Below, piece by piece: positions 18,231 to 31,316 of a stretch of 64,000 bases of DNA (position 1 is its first letter; each line of letters starts with the position of its first letter). The notes beneath the pieces were generated by a model. That model was not told where the DNA came from, did not search any database, and worked only from the letters and a program-made list of their open reading frames with translations. A program made the position numbers and the translations under genes. Source of the DNA: an uncultured Thermotogae bacterium (GTDB taxonomy: Bacteria > Bipolaricaulota > Bipolaricaulia > RBG-16-55-9); assembly GCA_964567595.1 (NCBI GenBank), contig CAZMNF010000001.1:48531-112530 (forward strand). The letters are read 5' to 3'.

Positions 18231-19907
18231 CTAGGCGTCCGGCGTCTGCTTTGCCTGGACGATCGCCTCATACCGCTGCTGCAGCTCGTCGACGTCAATC
18301 TTCTCCAACAGCCGTTCCGTTTCGCCCATTGTGACTGTGTTCTCGGTGGGTCGCCCCACGTCATCGAGCGATGGGGCCGGCAGGCCGAGCACCCGATAGC
18401 TGCGCTCGGCGAACGACGGCACGAAGGGCTCGAGCAGAATCGCCAAGGCCTTGACGAGCTCGTAGGCACTGCGCATCGCGCCGGGATTGTGCGACTCCCA
18501 CGGCTTCTGCGACTGGACGAACTCGTTGCCGACGACCGCCAGTTCGCCGACCTCGCGGATCGCCGGCGCCAGCTGGCCCGACTCGATGGCTTCCGTGTAC
18601 TTGCGTCGGGTCGCCTCAATGGCCGACTGGACCTTGGCGTCGATCTCGGTCGGCTCAAGCGTCCCTCCGTAGCGAGCATTCGTCAGCGACGCGACCCGAT
18701 ACATCAGGTTGGCGATGTTGTTGACGAAGACGCCGTTGATCGCCTTGTCGAGGTCCTCCCAACTGAAGTTGATGTCGCGGTTCTCCGGCCGGAACATGAA
18801 CAGATAGAAGCGCCAATATTCGCTCGGCAACAGCTCCAAGGCCTCGTGACCGTACAGGCCGACGTTGCGCGTTTTGGAAAACTGCTCGCCGCCGATCCAG
18901 TTGAGATACTCCGTGGCCGAGATCTGATCCGGCAGGTGATAATCCATGCCGGAGGAGAGCAACTGCGCCGGGAAAAAGACGGTGTGAAAGGGGATGTTGT
19001 CCTTGCCTTGGGTGTAGACGTGCTTGACCGGGCCGTCTTTATGCTCTTCCAGCCAGAAGGGCTTCCACCCCTCAGGATCACCCTGCTCCTCGAAATACTG
19101 GATCGTGGCGGAGACGTAGCCGAGCGCCGCCTCGGCCCACACGTAGAGCACTTTCCCCTCAGCCCCCGCGAAGGGAGCGGGGATGCCCCACTCGAGGTCT
19201 CGCGTCACAGCCCGTGGCTGCAGGCCCTCGTCCAGCAGGTTCTGTGTGAACGCCGCCACGTTGGCGCCGAAGTCCTTGCCGCCGACAAAGTCCTGCAATT
19301 GGGACTCGAGCTGGGGAAGATCGAGGTACCAGTGTCGAGTTGTTCTGAACGTAATCGTCTTCTGACCGCAAACGCGGCAGTGCGGATCGCTCAGTTCCTC
19401 CGGTTCCAACAGGGCCCCGCAATCGTCGCACTGGTTGCCGTAGGCGTCCGTCGAGCCACACTTTGGGCACGTCCCTTGTATGTAGCGATCGGCGAGGAAG
19501 AGCGCGTCGTGCGTGCAGTAGGCCCGGTCCTCCTCGCGGCTCGAGATGTAGCCGTTCGCCTCCGCGCGGCGGTACAGGTCCTGCGAGAAGCGATAGTGCG
19601 TGGACGCCTCGGTCGTCGTGTAGAACATGTCGATCTGGAAGCGCTCAATCAGATCGACGATCTGCTCGTGGACTTCCCGGTAGAGCTCCTCCGGGGATCG
19701 ACCCTGCTGACGGGCCTCGAATTCGACGTTCGTGCCGTGGGCGTCCGAGCCGCTGACGTGGAGCGCGTCCGCCCCCTTGAGGCGATAGTAGCGCATGAAG
19801 ACGTCCCCCGAGAGCAAGGAGCCGATCAGATTGCCCAGATGGGGAATGCTCGATGCGTACGGCCATGCGCTGCAGACCAAGACCTTGTCGGCGCCCAGTG
19901 CCACCAC
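18231..19907 (-). CDS. metG: methionine--tRNA ligase
   Basis: 'WPYASSIPHLGNLIG' (HIGH region), a Zn knuckle 'CPKCG...CDDCG', and a KMSKS-like 'FSKTRN'. The first codon of the ORF is GTG, so the start is uncertain. Confidence 0.9.
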   Translation of the reverse strand: MVALGADKVLVCSAWPYASSIPHLGNLIGSLLSGDVFMRYYRLKGADALHVSGSDAHGTNVEFEARQQGRSPEELYREVHEQIVDLIERFQIDMFYTTTEASTHYRFSQDLYRRAEANGYISSREEDRAYCTHDALFLADRYIQGTCPKCGSTDAYGNQCDDCGALLEPEELSDPHCRVCGQKTITFRTTRHWYLDLPQLESQLQDFVGGKDFGANVAAFTQNLLDEGLQPRAVTRDLEWGIPAPFAGAEGKVLYVWAEAALGYVSATIQYFEEQGDPEGWKPFWLEEHKDGPVKHVYTQGKDNIPFHTVFFPAQLLSSGMDYHLPDQISATEYLNWIGGEQFSKTRNVGLYGHEALELLPSEYWRFYLFMFRPENRDINFSWEDLDKAINGVFVNNIANLMYRVASLTNARYGGTLEPTEIDAKVQSAIEATRRKYTEAIESGQLAPAIREVGELAVVGNEFVQSQKPWESHNPGAMRSAYELVKALAILLEPFVPSFAERSYRVLGLPAPSLDDVGRPTENTVTMGETERLLEKIDVDELQQRYEAIVQAKQTPDA

Positions 19908-19969
19908 CTCAAATGCGGGGAAGGATGGCTCTACGATAGCAAATGGCTCACCGGCTGACCAACGGCAAG

Positions 19970-21364
19970 TCAGGCGTCAACGGACAGCGTCGCCTGTTCG
20001 CGGGGGCGTCGCTTCAGCCCAAGCCCCAAAAGGGCCAACAACAGGGCCACGCCCGCCGTGACCCCATAGGCCAACTGGTAGCCGCCCAGGCCACCGCCGT
20101 GGGAATCGATCACGGCCCCGATGACCGCGCCGCTCGCGAGCATTCCCATACGGGTCAGCATGCTGATCGCGCCTTGAGCCGAGGCACGATCGACCGCCGA
20201 GGCCTCGCCCAACATGATGTAGCGCAACGGCGCCCCGACCAGACTGGACAGCCCCAATCCCACGACGACCATGCTCGCGTAGAAGCCCGCAAGCTGATCG
20301 CCGAGGGCCGCGACGCCGCCCAGACCGAACGCCAACATGACGGTTCCGAACAGAATCACCCAGCGGGAGCCGATTGCGTCCAACGCCCGGCCCAACAGCG
20401 GGGCACCGATCGCCATGGACACGACCACGGGCACCAGCATGAACGCCGCCGTCGAGCTCGTGACGCCATAGACCGTGACCAACAGCCCGGGGATGAACAC
20501 GAGCGCGCCCTCGAAGAAGCCGGCCCCGAGGGCAAGCAACCCGGCCAGCCGAGATTGGCGCGACCCGAACAACCGGGGCGAGAGAACGGGATCGCTCGCG
20601 CGGCGCTCCAGCGCGACGAACACGGGAACGAGCACGGCCCCGAGCAGCAGGAACGGCCCGATCTCCGCCGACGTCACGCTCTCGAGCAGGTTCTGCGTGT
20701 CCAGCTGATCGAGCCCGTAGGTCAGGCCGGCAAGGGCCCCGCTGAGCGTCAGCATGCCCAGCCAGTCGAACGGGCTCGGCGTCGGTTCGTGGTGGGTCGG
20801 CAGCAGCCGCCAGCCGACGCCGACCAGGCCCACAGCAACGGGCAGATTGATGAGAAAGATCCAGCGCCAGCCGAGCATCAGCAGCGCGCCGCTCAGAATG
20901 GGCCCGATCAAAAACGCAATCCCGAAGACGGCCCCGAGCAGTCCCAACGCTCGACCTCGGCGATCCGCCGGAAACGTGTCGCCGATGACGGCGCTGGCGA
21001 CGGGAAAGATGCCGCCGGAGCCGAGGCCCTGTACAGCCCGGCCAAGCAGCAGCGCGGCAAACGACGGGGCCGTCGCGACGAGCAAGGATCCGATCGCAAA
21101 CAGCGTCACGTCGAGAACGTAGATCGAGCGTCGGCCGAAGCGATCGGCCAACTTGGCCATGAGCGGCGTCCCAACGAGGTTGAACAGCACATAGATCGTA
21201 AAAATCCAGGCCAGCACGCGTTCGCCGACGCCGAAGGCATCCTGGAGCGTGGGCAACACCGGGCCGATGATGGCGATGTCGAGCGCGCCCATCAGGACAC
21301 CCACAAACAGGAGGATCAGCAGGCGTCGTTGCGTCGGCTGATCAGCCGGAGTTGCCTCATCCAT
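19970..21364 (-). CDS. MFS transporter (drug:H+ antiporter-like, 14 TM)
   Basis: 464 aa, hydrophobic throughout, with MFS motif A-like 'LADRFGRRSIY'. Confidence 0.8.
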   Translation of the reverse strand: MDEATPADQPTQRRLLILLFVGVLMGALDIAIIGPVLPTLQDAFGVGERVLAWIFTIYVLFNLVGTPLMAKLADRFGRRSIYVLDVTLFAIGSLLVATAPSFAALLLGRAVQGLGSGGIFPVASAVIGDTFPADRRGRALGLLGAVFGIAFLIGPILSGALLMLGWRWIFLINLPVAVGLVGVGWRLLPTHHEPTPSPFDWLGMLTLSGALAGLTYGLDQLDTQNLLESVTSAEIGPFLLLGAVLVPVFVALERRASDPVLSPRLFGSRQSRLAGLLALGAGFFEGALVFIPGLLVTVYGVTSSTAAFMLVPVVVSMAIGAPLLGRALDAIGSRWVILFGTVMLAFGLGGVAALGDQLAGFYASMVVVGLGLSSLVGAPLRYIMLGEASAVDRASAQGAISMLTRMGMLASGAVIGAVIDSHGGGLGGYQLAYGVTAGVALLLALLGLGLKRRPREQATLSVDA

Positions 21365-22095
21365 CAGTCAGGTCTCGGCGGCGTGTGAGTCCGTTGTGGA
21401 TCGGGGCTCGTCTCGATCAGTCGCTTCGCCGAGTGCTCGCGAACGATTGCCTGGACCGTGCCCCAGCGAGTTCGGACACATGCGGGGAACGACCGGTGTG
21501 CAGCGTACCACTCGTTCAGGAAGCGCTTGGTTTTGGGATCGGCCGGATAGCCGCTGCCGAAGTCGCCGTAGATGGCGTGGAGCCGCTCGATAGCTGCGTC
21601 GCGATAGACCTTCGCCAGGATCGAGGCGGCGGCCACGACGGGATAGTTGGCGTCGGCCTGGTTTTCGGCCGTGATCGCCATCACGTTGGACGGGCAGCGC
21701 TGCTGGACCATGTCCACGAACGTCGGGATGGCCCGCGGTCCGACCGGCGCGTCCACGTAGAGCGCGTCGGGGGCGAGCTCGTCCACGACGTGGGCGATCG
21801 CGCTCAGCTCGACGGCGTTGAGGTTGCCCGCCAGTTGGCGAGGCGCGAAGGCGAGGATGCGGGTGTTCATCGCGATCGCTCGGATCCCCTCAACCATCGA
21901 GCGGCGTCGTTCGGCGGACAGCGCTTTGGAGTCGCGAACCCCGAGGTCGGTCAAGTGCGCCTCCGAGGCGGGATCGATCAGCACCCCGGCCACGACGAGC
22001 GGCCCGATCGCCGGCCCTCGCCCGGCCTCGTCGATGCCCAATCGGGTGGTGGGATCAGCATCGGTTGATGCAGCTGGAACGCCCGTTAGTGCCAT
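21364..22095 (-). CDS. rnhB: ribonuclease HII
   Basis: 'LGIDEAGRGPAIGPLVVAGV'. Start set at the internal ATG at 22095. Confidence 0.8.
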   Translation of the reverse strand: MALTGVPAASTDADPTTRLGIDEAGRGPAIGPLVVAGVLIDPASEAHLTDLGVRDSKALSAERRRSMVEGIRAIAMNTRILAFAPRQLAGNLNAVELSAIAHVVDELAPDALYVDAPVGPRAIPTFVDMVQQRCPSNVMAITAENQADANYPVVAAASILAKVYRDAAIERLHAIYGDFGSGYPADPKTKRFLNEWYAAHRSFPACVRTRWGTVQAIVREHSAKRLIETSPDPQRTHTPPRPD

Positions 22096-22123
22096 TGAAG
22101 CCCTCACATCGAGGGTATACAAT
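22095..22123 (+). promoter_or_regulatory. sigma70-type promoter TTGAAG-17-TACAAT for the MBL hydrolase gene
   Basis: TTGAAGccctcacatcgagggtaTACAAT, 72 nt upstream of the ATG at 22196. Confidence 0.55.
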
Positions 22124-22195
22124 AGCGCATCTTTCGGCAATTCTGATGGGATGATCCATGCGCAAACCACCCGCGCGCAACGATAGGCTGAGGCC

Positions 22196-23041
22196 ATGAA
22201 GTTCCTCGTGTACTCCAAGGGTCTGTACGCGACATGGGTCTACTACGCGCCGGACCGGCTGGCGTTCGACGCCGGCGAGGGCCTGAGCAGCATCCTGGGC
22301 AACAAGTGCTTCGCCATCCAGCGGGTGTTCCTCTCCCATGGCCACGCCGACCATATTTCGGGGCTGATCGGGCTGATCAACATCCGCAATACGGCCATGG
22401 GCGACACGGCGAAGCCCTTGACGATCTATTATCCGAAGGATAACTGGCGAATCCTGGAACTGATCGCCTACATCGCCCGCACGAACGCCAAACTCGACTA
22501 CGATCTCGACTGGGTCCCCCTGGAGCCCGGCGATCGCGTCACGGTGTTCGAGGGCCAGCTTGACCGCTACGTGGAGGCGTTCGAGACCGTACACACGCGG
22601 CACGAAGCCTCGCTCGGCTACAACGTCATCGAGGTCCGCCAACGCTTGAAGGCCGAGTATCAGTCGCTGAGCCAGGACGAGATTGCCGCGCTCGTGCGCG
22701 AGCGCGGCCGGGAGGCGATCACGACGACGTATGCAAAGAATCTCGTCTCCTACGGCGGCGACTCCCGCGCGATCGATGCGGACAAGATCCGCGACACCGA
22801 CGTGCTCTTCCACGACGCGACATTCCTGGAGGAAGCCGACCGCGAGACGCCGACGCACGCCACGCTCGACGAAGCCATCGAGGTTGCCCACGCGGCCAAC
22901 GTCCAAGACACGCTGTACGCGTTCCATCTCTCCTCGCGCTATCGGCCCAATCTGGAGACGTATGCCGCCTACGTGGACAAGCTGGAGACGCCGTTCGATG
23001 TCCATCTCGTGCCGCCCGGTCGCATCTCCCGATACGAGTGA
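22196..23041 (+). CDS. MBL-fold metallo-hydrolase (RNase Z-like)
   Basis: 'SHGHADHISGL' metal motif. Confidence 0.75.
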   Translation: MKFLVYSKGLYATWVYYAPDRLAFDAGEGLSSILGNKCFAIQRVFLSHGHADHISGLIGLINIRNTAMGDTAKPLTIYYPKDNWRILELIAYIARTNAKLDYDLDWVPLEPGDRVTVFEGQLDRYVEAFETVHTRHEASLGYNVIEVRQRLKAEYQSLSQDEIAALVRERGREAITTTYAKNLVSYGGDSRAIDADKIRDTDVLFHDATFLEEADRETPTHATLDEAIEVAHAANVQDTLYAFHLSSRYRPNLETYAAYVDKLETPFDVHLVPPGRISRYE

Positions 23042-23928
23042 CCGTCGATGAGGTGGTGCCCTTGACGCATCCCGACCCTCGCATCCAACAGCTTGCTGAG
23101 GGAATCTGGATTTATCTTCCGGAGTGGCAACGCCTGGAGCCGACGATAGGGCTCGTCTCCACCGGCGAAGGCTGGGTCCTGATCGACAGCGGCAACTCCC
23201 CCGCGCACGCCCGACGCGTCCTAGACGCCATGCGCCGCATACGCGACGTCCCCGTCGCCTACGTGATCAACACGCATCGCCACTTCGACCACGCCTTCGG
23301 CAATCAGGCCTTCGACGCGCCCGTCATCGCCAGCCAGCAATGCCGCCGGCGCTTCCGCGCCAACCTCGACGACGACTGGGCGCCGCACCGCGTGCAGCGC
23401 TGGCTCCGCGACGAGATGCTACCGCACGTGCCCACGCTTGCGCTGGCCGACTTCGAGGGGCTTGCGCCCGTTCCGCCGTCGGTCAGCTTCCAGTCATCGA
23501 TGACGTTGGACGTGGGCGAGACGGAGTTGCGACTCTTCCCCTCGCATGGGGCTCACAGCGACGATCATATCAGCGCGTTCCTGCCCGAACAGCAGATCCT
23601 GTTTATCAGTGACACGTTCTACTTCCACGAATCCGAAGGCCAGATCACCCGCTGGCTGAAGCTCTTGGACGAGCTGGTTCACTACGAGGCGGAGACGATC
23701 GTGCCCGGCCACGAGCCGCCCTACGATCGGATGACGTTCGAGCTGCTGCGTGCTTACGGCCACGAGCTGTTGGAGGTCGTCATCTCCGCGATTCGCTCCC
23801 AAACGCCCGAGGACGAGATCGTCCAAATTCCGCTCTCCAAGCGCTACGACCGGATTCCGTTTCTGAACGCCAAGACGCATCGACGCCTCGTGCAGGCCGC
23901 GTATCGTGAGCTGACCCAGTCGGCTTGA
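23038..23928 (+). CDS. MBL-fold metallo-hydrolase
   Basis: 'INTHRHFDHAFGN'. Overlaps the previous gene by 4 nt. Confidence 0.75.
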   Translation: MTVDEVVPLTHPDPRIQQLAEGIWIYLPEWQRLEPTIGLVSTGEGWVLIDSGNSPAHARRVLDAMRRIRDVPVAYVINTHRHFDHAFGNQAFDAPVIASQQCRRRFRANLDDDWAPHRVQRWLRDEMLPHVPTLALADFEGLAPVPPSVSFQSSMTLDVGETELRLFPSHGAHSDDHISAFLPEQQILFISDTFYFHESEGQITRWLKLLDELVHYEAETIVPGHEPPYDRMTFELLRAYGHELLEVVISAIRSQTPEDEIVQIPLSKRYDRIPFLNAKTHRRLVQAAYRELTQSA

Positions 23929-24118
23929 TCGGCCACGCGCGCCCTTGAGATAGACGATCAATAGGGCTTCGGAGACGTATGTCTGTAGCAGCCCAACGGC
24001 GGTTTGCGGCACGCAGCTCCTGGCGTGAACTGACACAGTCCGTGACGGCATGCGCGCGGAGCATAAACCGCCGCACAGTCGAGGGGTTGGAGGCGGTGGA
24101 TGGACGTCCGTGCCACGC

Positions 24119-24147
24119 TTGACAGCCCTTATGCACGGGGCTACGAT
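24119..24147 (+). promoter_or_regulatory. sigma70-type promoter TTGACA-17-TACGAT for sodA
   Basis: TTGACAgcccttatgcacggggcTACGAT, 74 nt upstream of the ATG at 24222. Confidence 0.6.
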
Positions 24148-24221
24148 AGTCGCGTTCCCCGGTATTTCCCGGTGTGGAAGCGAACTGAACGCATATCTCT
24201 CAACAAAGGAGTGACGCGCCC

Positions 24222-24836
24222 ATGGCGTTCGAACTGCCCGACCTGCCTTATGACTTCAACGCGCTTGAGCCCCACATTGACGAACAGACCATGCGCATCC
24301 ACCACGACAAGCACCACAACGCCTACACCAACAACCTCAACAAGGCGCTTGAGAAGTACCCCCAGCTTCAGAGCAAGTCCATCGAAGACCTCTTGGGCAA
24401 CATTGAGGCCGTCCCCTCGGATATCCGCGGCGCGGTCAACTTCCACGGCGGCGGCTTCTACAATCACGCCGTGTTCTGGAAGAACATGAGCCCCAACGGC
24501 GGCGGGCAGCCGAGCGGCGAGCTGGCCGACGCCATCAACGACACCTTCGGAAGCTTTGAGCAGTTCCAAGAGCAGTTCAAGGCCGCGGCCACGAGCATCC
24601 AGGGCAGCGGCTGGGCCTGGCTGGCCCGCAATCCGCTGACGGGCGGCTTGGAGATTCGCCAGATGCCCAACCAGACCAGCATCCTCACGGAAGGGCTGGT
24701 TCCGGTCGTCGGCATCGACATGTGGGAGCACGCGTTCTACCTGAAGCATCAGAACAACAAGGGTGCCTACGTGGACGAGTGGTGGAACGTCGTCAACTGG
24801 GATGACGCCGCCCAGCGCTTCCAGAACGCGATGTAA
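24222..24836 (+). CDS. sodA: Fe/Mn superoxide dismutase
   Basis: 'MAFELPDLPYDFNALEPHIDEQTMRIHHDKHH...DMWEHAFYL'. Confidence 0.95.
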   Translation: MAFELPDLPYDFNALEPHIDEQTMRIHHDKHHNAYTNNLNKALEKYPQLQSKSIEDLLGNIEAVPSDIRGAVNFHGGGFYNHAVFWKNMSPNGGGQPSGELADAINDTFGSFEQFQEQFKAAATSIQGSGWAWLARNPLTGGLEIRQMPNQTSILTEGLVPVVGIDMWEHAFYLKHQNNKGAYVDEWWNVVNWDDAAQRFQNAM

Positions 24837-24842
24837 GCTCGA

Positions 24843-24893
24843 ACGCGGGCCGGGCCCCGGAGACTACGGGACCGGCCCGCGTCGGTCGTTTCC
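24843..24893 (+). terminator. intrinsic terminator-like hairpin after sodA
   Basis: Perfect 11-bp stem ACGCGGGCCGG/CCGGCCCGCGT (24843-24853 / 24872-24882), followed by cggtcgTTTccc. Confidence 0.5.
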
Positions 24894-25064
24894 CGAGACA
24901 GCCACCCCGTCGTCAGTGGCCCAGAGGGAGATGCCCCCGTCGCCGGCCAACCCTCGTAACATCAAGACGGTCGGCCGTGCTCACGCAAACGGGGACGCAC
25001 GGCGTCGGCGCCCGGTCTCCACTGACGAGAGGTCCAAGTCTCATCGGCCAAGGATGGGCACACC

Positions 25065-26291
25065 ATGAAGGGGATCTTCATCATCGCCGACGGCCTCGGC
25101 GGTCGGCCAACGGACGTCGAGGGCCATACGTGCCTCGAAGCGGCACAGACGCCGCGCATTAACGAGTTGGCGGCGCGCGGCGCCGTCGGCCTGATGGACC
25201 CGATCGACCCCGGCGTGCGACCGGGAAGCGACGTCGCCCATCTGTCCCTTTTCGGCTACGACCCTTACAACGAGTACCCCGGCCGCGGCGTCTTTGAAGC
25301 CGTGGGGGTCGGGCTCGACGTGCGGCCGGGCGACGTCTGCTTCCGGACGAACTTCGCCACGATCGACGAGGACTTCATCGTCGAGGATCGCCGGGCCGGG
25401 CGCATCGAATCGGGCCAGCTCGAGCTGGAGCAGGCGCTCGGCGAGCTCGATCTCGGCGACGACGTGGACGTCATCTTCAAAGCGAGCACCGAACATCGCG
25501 GCGCGCTCATCCTGCGCGGGTCCGGCCTTTCCGCGTCGATCACCGAAGCGGATCCCCACGAGCCCGGACAGCCAGTGTGGGACGTCCGGCCCACGGACCG
25601 CACCGACGAAGCAGCCCACACGGCCGAGCTCGTCAACGCGCTGTTGCGTCAAGCCTATGAGATCCTGAACGACCTGCCGATCAACCGACAGCGCCAGGGA
25701 GCGGGCCAACCGCCCGCGAACGTGATCCTTCCTCGAGGCGCGGCGGCCGCGCCGCATTTCGAGACGCTGCCCGAGAAGTACGGGGTTCAGGGCAGCGTGA
25801 TCGGCGGCGGTGCGCTCTACATCGGCATCGGCAAGCTGCTCGGCTTGGAACATCATCCCGTCGAGGGCGCCACGGGCGGGCTCGACACCAACCTCGTCAA
25901 CAAAGCTGACGCGGCGATCGAGGAGGTTCAGGCCAAGGATTTCGTGTTCCTCCACATCAAGGGGACGGACTCGGCCGGTCATGACCACAACGCCGCGGCC
26001 AAGATCGACTTCATTGAGGAAATCGACGCCGCCGTCGGTCGGATTGCTGATCATCTGGACTGGAACGAGACGCACCTCGCATTCACGGGCGATCATTGCA
26101 CGCCTATCGTCTACGGCGACCACACGGCCGAACCCGTGCCCGTGCTGTTTGCCGGTTGCAACGTGATTCCCGACACCGCAGAACGCTTTGGCGAACGCGT
26201 CGCTCAAAGCGGTGGATTGGGCCGCTTCTCCGGCCAGGTGATCCCGATCATTGCCAGTTATGCCAATTGGCTCAAGAAATACGGCGCCTGA
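25065..26291 (+). CDS. apgM: cofactor-independent phosphoglycerate mutase, archaeal type
   Basis: 'IIADGLGGRP', 'PGSDVAHLSLFGYDP', 'DRRAGRI' and 'HIKGTDSAGHD'. Confidence 0.85.
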   Translation: MKGIFIIADGLGGRPTDVEGHTCLEAAQTPRINELAARGAVGLMDPIDPGVRPGSDVAHLSLFGYDPYNEYPGRGVFEAVGVGLDVRPGDVCFRTNFATIDEDFIVEDRRAGRIESGQLELEQALGELDLGDDVDVIFKASTEHRGALILRGSGLSASITEADPHEPGQPVWDVRPTDRTDEAAHTAELVNALLRQAYEILNDLPINRQRQGAGQPPANVILPRGAAAAPHFETLPEKYGVQGSVIGGGALYIGIGKLLGLEHHPVEGATGGLDTNLVNKADAAIEEVQAKDFVFLHIKGTDSAGHDHNAAAKIDFIEEIDAAVGRIADHLDWNETHLAFTGDHCTPIVYGDHTAEPVPVLFAGCNVIPDTAERFGERVAQSGGLGRFSGQVIPIIASYANWLKKYGA

Positions 26292-26317
26292 CACGGCCGA
26301 CTTAAAAGGAGGAAGTC

Positions 26318-26827
26318 ATGGAGAAGCAACTGACGGACGCGTTGAACGACCAGCTGAACAATGAGCTTTACGCGGCGTATACCTACCTGGCGATGCATGC
26401 CCACTTTGAGGAGGAGAACTGGCCCGGCTTCGCCCACTGGATGGAGCTGCAGAGCCGGGAGGAAGTCGAGCATGCGATGAAGTTTTACAACTTCATCCTG
26501 GAGCGCGGCGAGCAGGTCAAGCTCCAGTCGATCGACGAGCCGCCGTCCGACTTCCAGTCTCCGCTGGACATCTTCCAGAAGGCGCTCGCCCACGAGCAGC
26601 ACGTCACCCAGCGCATCCACGAGGTCTACCAGATCGCCCAGGACGTCGGGGACTACCCGACCCAAGTTTTCCTCCACTGGTTCATCGAGGAACAGGTAGA
26701 GGAGGAGAACGTCACCGGCGATGCGGTCGCGATGCTGGAGCGCGCGAGCGACCACATGGGCGCGCTGATGGTCCTCGATCGCGAGTTCGGCGAGCGCGGC
26801 GGAGGCGGGAACGAGGCAGCCGAATGA
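26318..26827 (+). CDS. ftn: non-haem ferritin
   Basis: 'LNDQLNNELYAAYTYLAMHAHF...EEVEHAMKFYNFI', the ferroxidase-centre pattern. Confidence 0.9.
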   Translation: MEKQLTDALNDQLNNELYAAYTYLAMHAHFEEENWPGFAHWMELQSREEVEHAMKFYNFILERGEQVKLQSIDEPPSDFQSPLDIFQKALAHEQHVTQRIHEVYQIAQDVGDYPTQVFLHWFIEEQVEEENVTGDAVAMLERASDHMGALMVLDREFGERGGGGNEAAE

Positions 26828-26928
26828 GGCCGTCGGGCTCGTGAGCACCCCCTCTTAGAAACGCCGATAGCGGAGTTCACTCAGCCAGACTGATAGACTA
26901 GCGCGCACTGTCCGATTGAACGAGACAC

Positions 26929-26972
26929 AACCCGGTGATGCCCAAGGACGCGGGCATCGCCGGGTTATCTTT
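26929..26972 (+). terminator. Rho-independent terminator (possibly bidirectional, ftn / bioY)
   Basis: 15-bp stem AACCCGGTGATGCCC / GGGCATCGCCGGGTT with one G-U pair and an 8-nt loop, followed by ATCTTT. Confidence 0.7.
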
Positions 26973-27008
26973 AGCTTCTATCGGTTCTACGCCGGAGAGA
27001 TTTGGGCA

Positions 27009-27596
27009 TCAGAGAGACGAGCGACCTAGCCATCGCCAGGCGCTTGGCAGCAGACCCGCAGCTAGCGCGATCTTGGCGAGATCGCCCGGGATGAACGGCA
27101 GCAACCCCGTCGGCAGAACCTGTTCAAGCGGCAGGTAGAACGCCAGCCAGGCCAGACCGACGAGATAGATGGCGAGATTGCCAATTACCATGGCGGCCGC
27201 CGCGCCGAGGATCGTCCGATCCCAAGCGCGCTCGGCGAGCCAGCCCGTCAGTGCCGCCGCGGGGATGAAGCCGACGAGGTATCCGCCCGTCGGACCCAGC
27301 AGATGGGCCAAGCCGCCCGAGGCTCCCGAAAACACGGGCAAGCCCGCCAATCCTTCCAAAAGATAGAGCCCGAGACTGAGCGCGCCCTTGCGGCTGCCGA
27401 GCAGCAGCCCGACCATCAGCACGCCGAACGTCTGGCCCGTGATCGGCACGGGCGTCAATGGCAGCGGCACGCTCACTTGCGCGGTCAGGGCCACCACGAG
27501 GCTGCCGCCGATCACCAGCAGCGCTTGCCGCAGGGCGCTCTCGACGGGCAGGACGGTTTCCGCAAGAGGTCGAGCGGTAGCGGCTCGATCCATCAT
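27009..27596 (-). CDS. bioY: biotin transporter S-component
   Basis: 'VPLPLTPVPITGQTFGVLMVGLLLG' and 'GPTGGYLVGF'. Confidence 0.85.
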   Translation of the reverse strand: MMDRAATARPLAETVLPVESALRQALLVIGGSLVVALTAQVSVPLPLTPVPITGQTFGVLMVGLLLGSRKGALSLGLYLLEGLAGLPVFSGASGGLAHLLGPTGGYLVGFIPAAALTGWLAERAWDRTILGAAAAMVIGNLAIYLVGLAWLAFYLPLEQVLPTGLLPFIPGDLAKIALAAGLLPSAWRWLGRSSL

Positions 27597-27622
27597 GGCG
27601 TGCCTCCTTCGGGTTGAAAAGC

Positions 27623-30376
<2,754 letters not shown>

Positions 30377-30424
30377 CGAGATAGGGTCTCCTCCCTCTGT
30401 GTCGACAATTCGTGGTGGAGCTTA

Positions 30425-30453
30425 ATTATAGAAGGGACCCGACGATCCCTCAA
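30425..30453 (-). promoter_or_regulatory. sigma70-type promoter TTGAGG-17-TATAAT for acnA
   Basis: Minus strand reads TTGAGGgatcgtcgggtcccttcTATAAT, about 48 nt upstream of the acnA ATG. Confidence 0.6.
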
Positions 30454-30530
30454 CAGCCCCGTGCCTCGCAACGACGATTGGAAACGCCGCATTCCGCGAT
30501 TACCATCGTTGTTGGAAGGGGGATTGGTCG

Positions 30531-31295
30531 TTGACCCAAGGAATGTGGATTGCCCTCGGCCTGCTCGGCCTCATCGGCGTGGCCTTGTTGCTCGGCATCG
30601 GGCCGAGTCCGGTTGGGCCGAGGGAAGCGACGTCAGACGGCGACTCCTTCGCCATTCCGGCTTCCCTCAACGGCTGGAGCCGCCTCGACGAGGCGACCCT
30701 GGCGTTCAAAGGCCCGATTCGCGAGGGGAGTTTCGAGCAGATGCGGACGAAGCTAGACGACCGCGTCGACACGCTGGTCATCACCTCGCGCGGTGGCCGA
30801 GTGGCGTCGGGCGTGCGCATGGGCAAGTTGGTGCTCGAGCAGAACCTCGACGTGGTCGTGGAGCGCTACTGTCTGTCCTCCTGCGCCAACTACGTTTTTC
30901 TGGCCGGCGCTCAGAAAACCATACGCGACGGCGTCGTCGGCTTCCACGGCAACATCACGCATTCCATTCGTCAGGCTGGTGGCCCCGAGGCCCGCGCCGA
31001 ACAGATGGCCGATCGCAGCCCACGGTCCAAGGAAGACCTCGTCTCCTGGCTGCGCAAGCGCATCGAGATGGAACAGTCGCTGATCCGGCGGATCGGCGTG
31101 CCCCAGGCGTTTTACGCCATGACGGCGTCGGTGTTGGCCGAACGCAACCGGGCGAGCGACGCCGCCTATGATTTCCTGTTGCCGAGGCAAGAGACGTTCG
31201 CCGAATACGGGATGACCGACATCCAGAGCCAACAGAGCGAGACATGGAAGCGTCGAACCGAACGACAGCTCGGCGTGCGGATGCTGCTGTATTGA
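30531..31295 (+). CDS. hypothetical N-terminally anchored/exported protein (ClpP/crotonase-like periplasmic family suspected)
   Basis: TTG start 7 nt after GGAAGGGGGA. N-terminal TM 'WIALGLLGLIGVALLLGIG'. 'ITSRGGRVASGVRMG...CLSSCANYVFLAG' resembles the COG3904-type family. The functional call is weak. Confidence 0.55.
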   Translation: MTQGMWIALGLLGLIGVALLLGIGPSPVGPREATSDGDSFAIPASLNGWSRLDEATLAFKGPIREGSFEQMRTKLDDRVDTLVITSRGGRVASGVRMGKLVLEQNLDVVVERYCLSSCANYVFLAGAQKTIRDGVVGFHGNITHSIRQAGGPEARAEQMADRSPRSKEDLVSWLRKRIEMEQSLIRRIGVPQAFYAMTASVLAERNRASDAAYDFLLPRQETFAEYGMTDIQSQQSETWKRRTERQLGVRMLLY

Positions 31296-31316
31296 CGACT
31301 GGGAGCGAGAGGGACG

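Noticed and set aside
23997-24073. 9-bp inverted repeat CGGCGGTTT ... AAACCGCCG separated by 59 nt upstream of the sodA promoter. Possibly a small structured RNA.
   Set aside because: There is a single short stem, with no supporting inner helices that I could build, no promoter or terminator, and no way to test conservation. The evidence is too weak to call.
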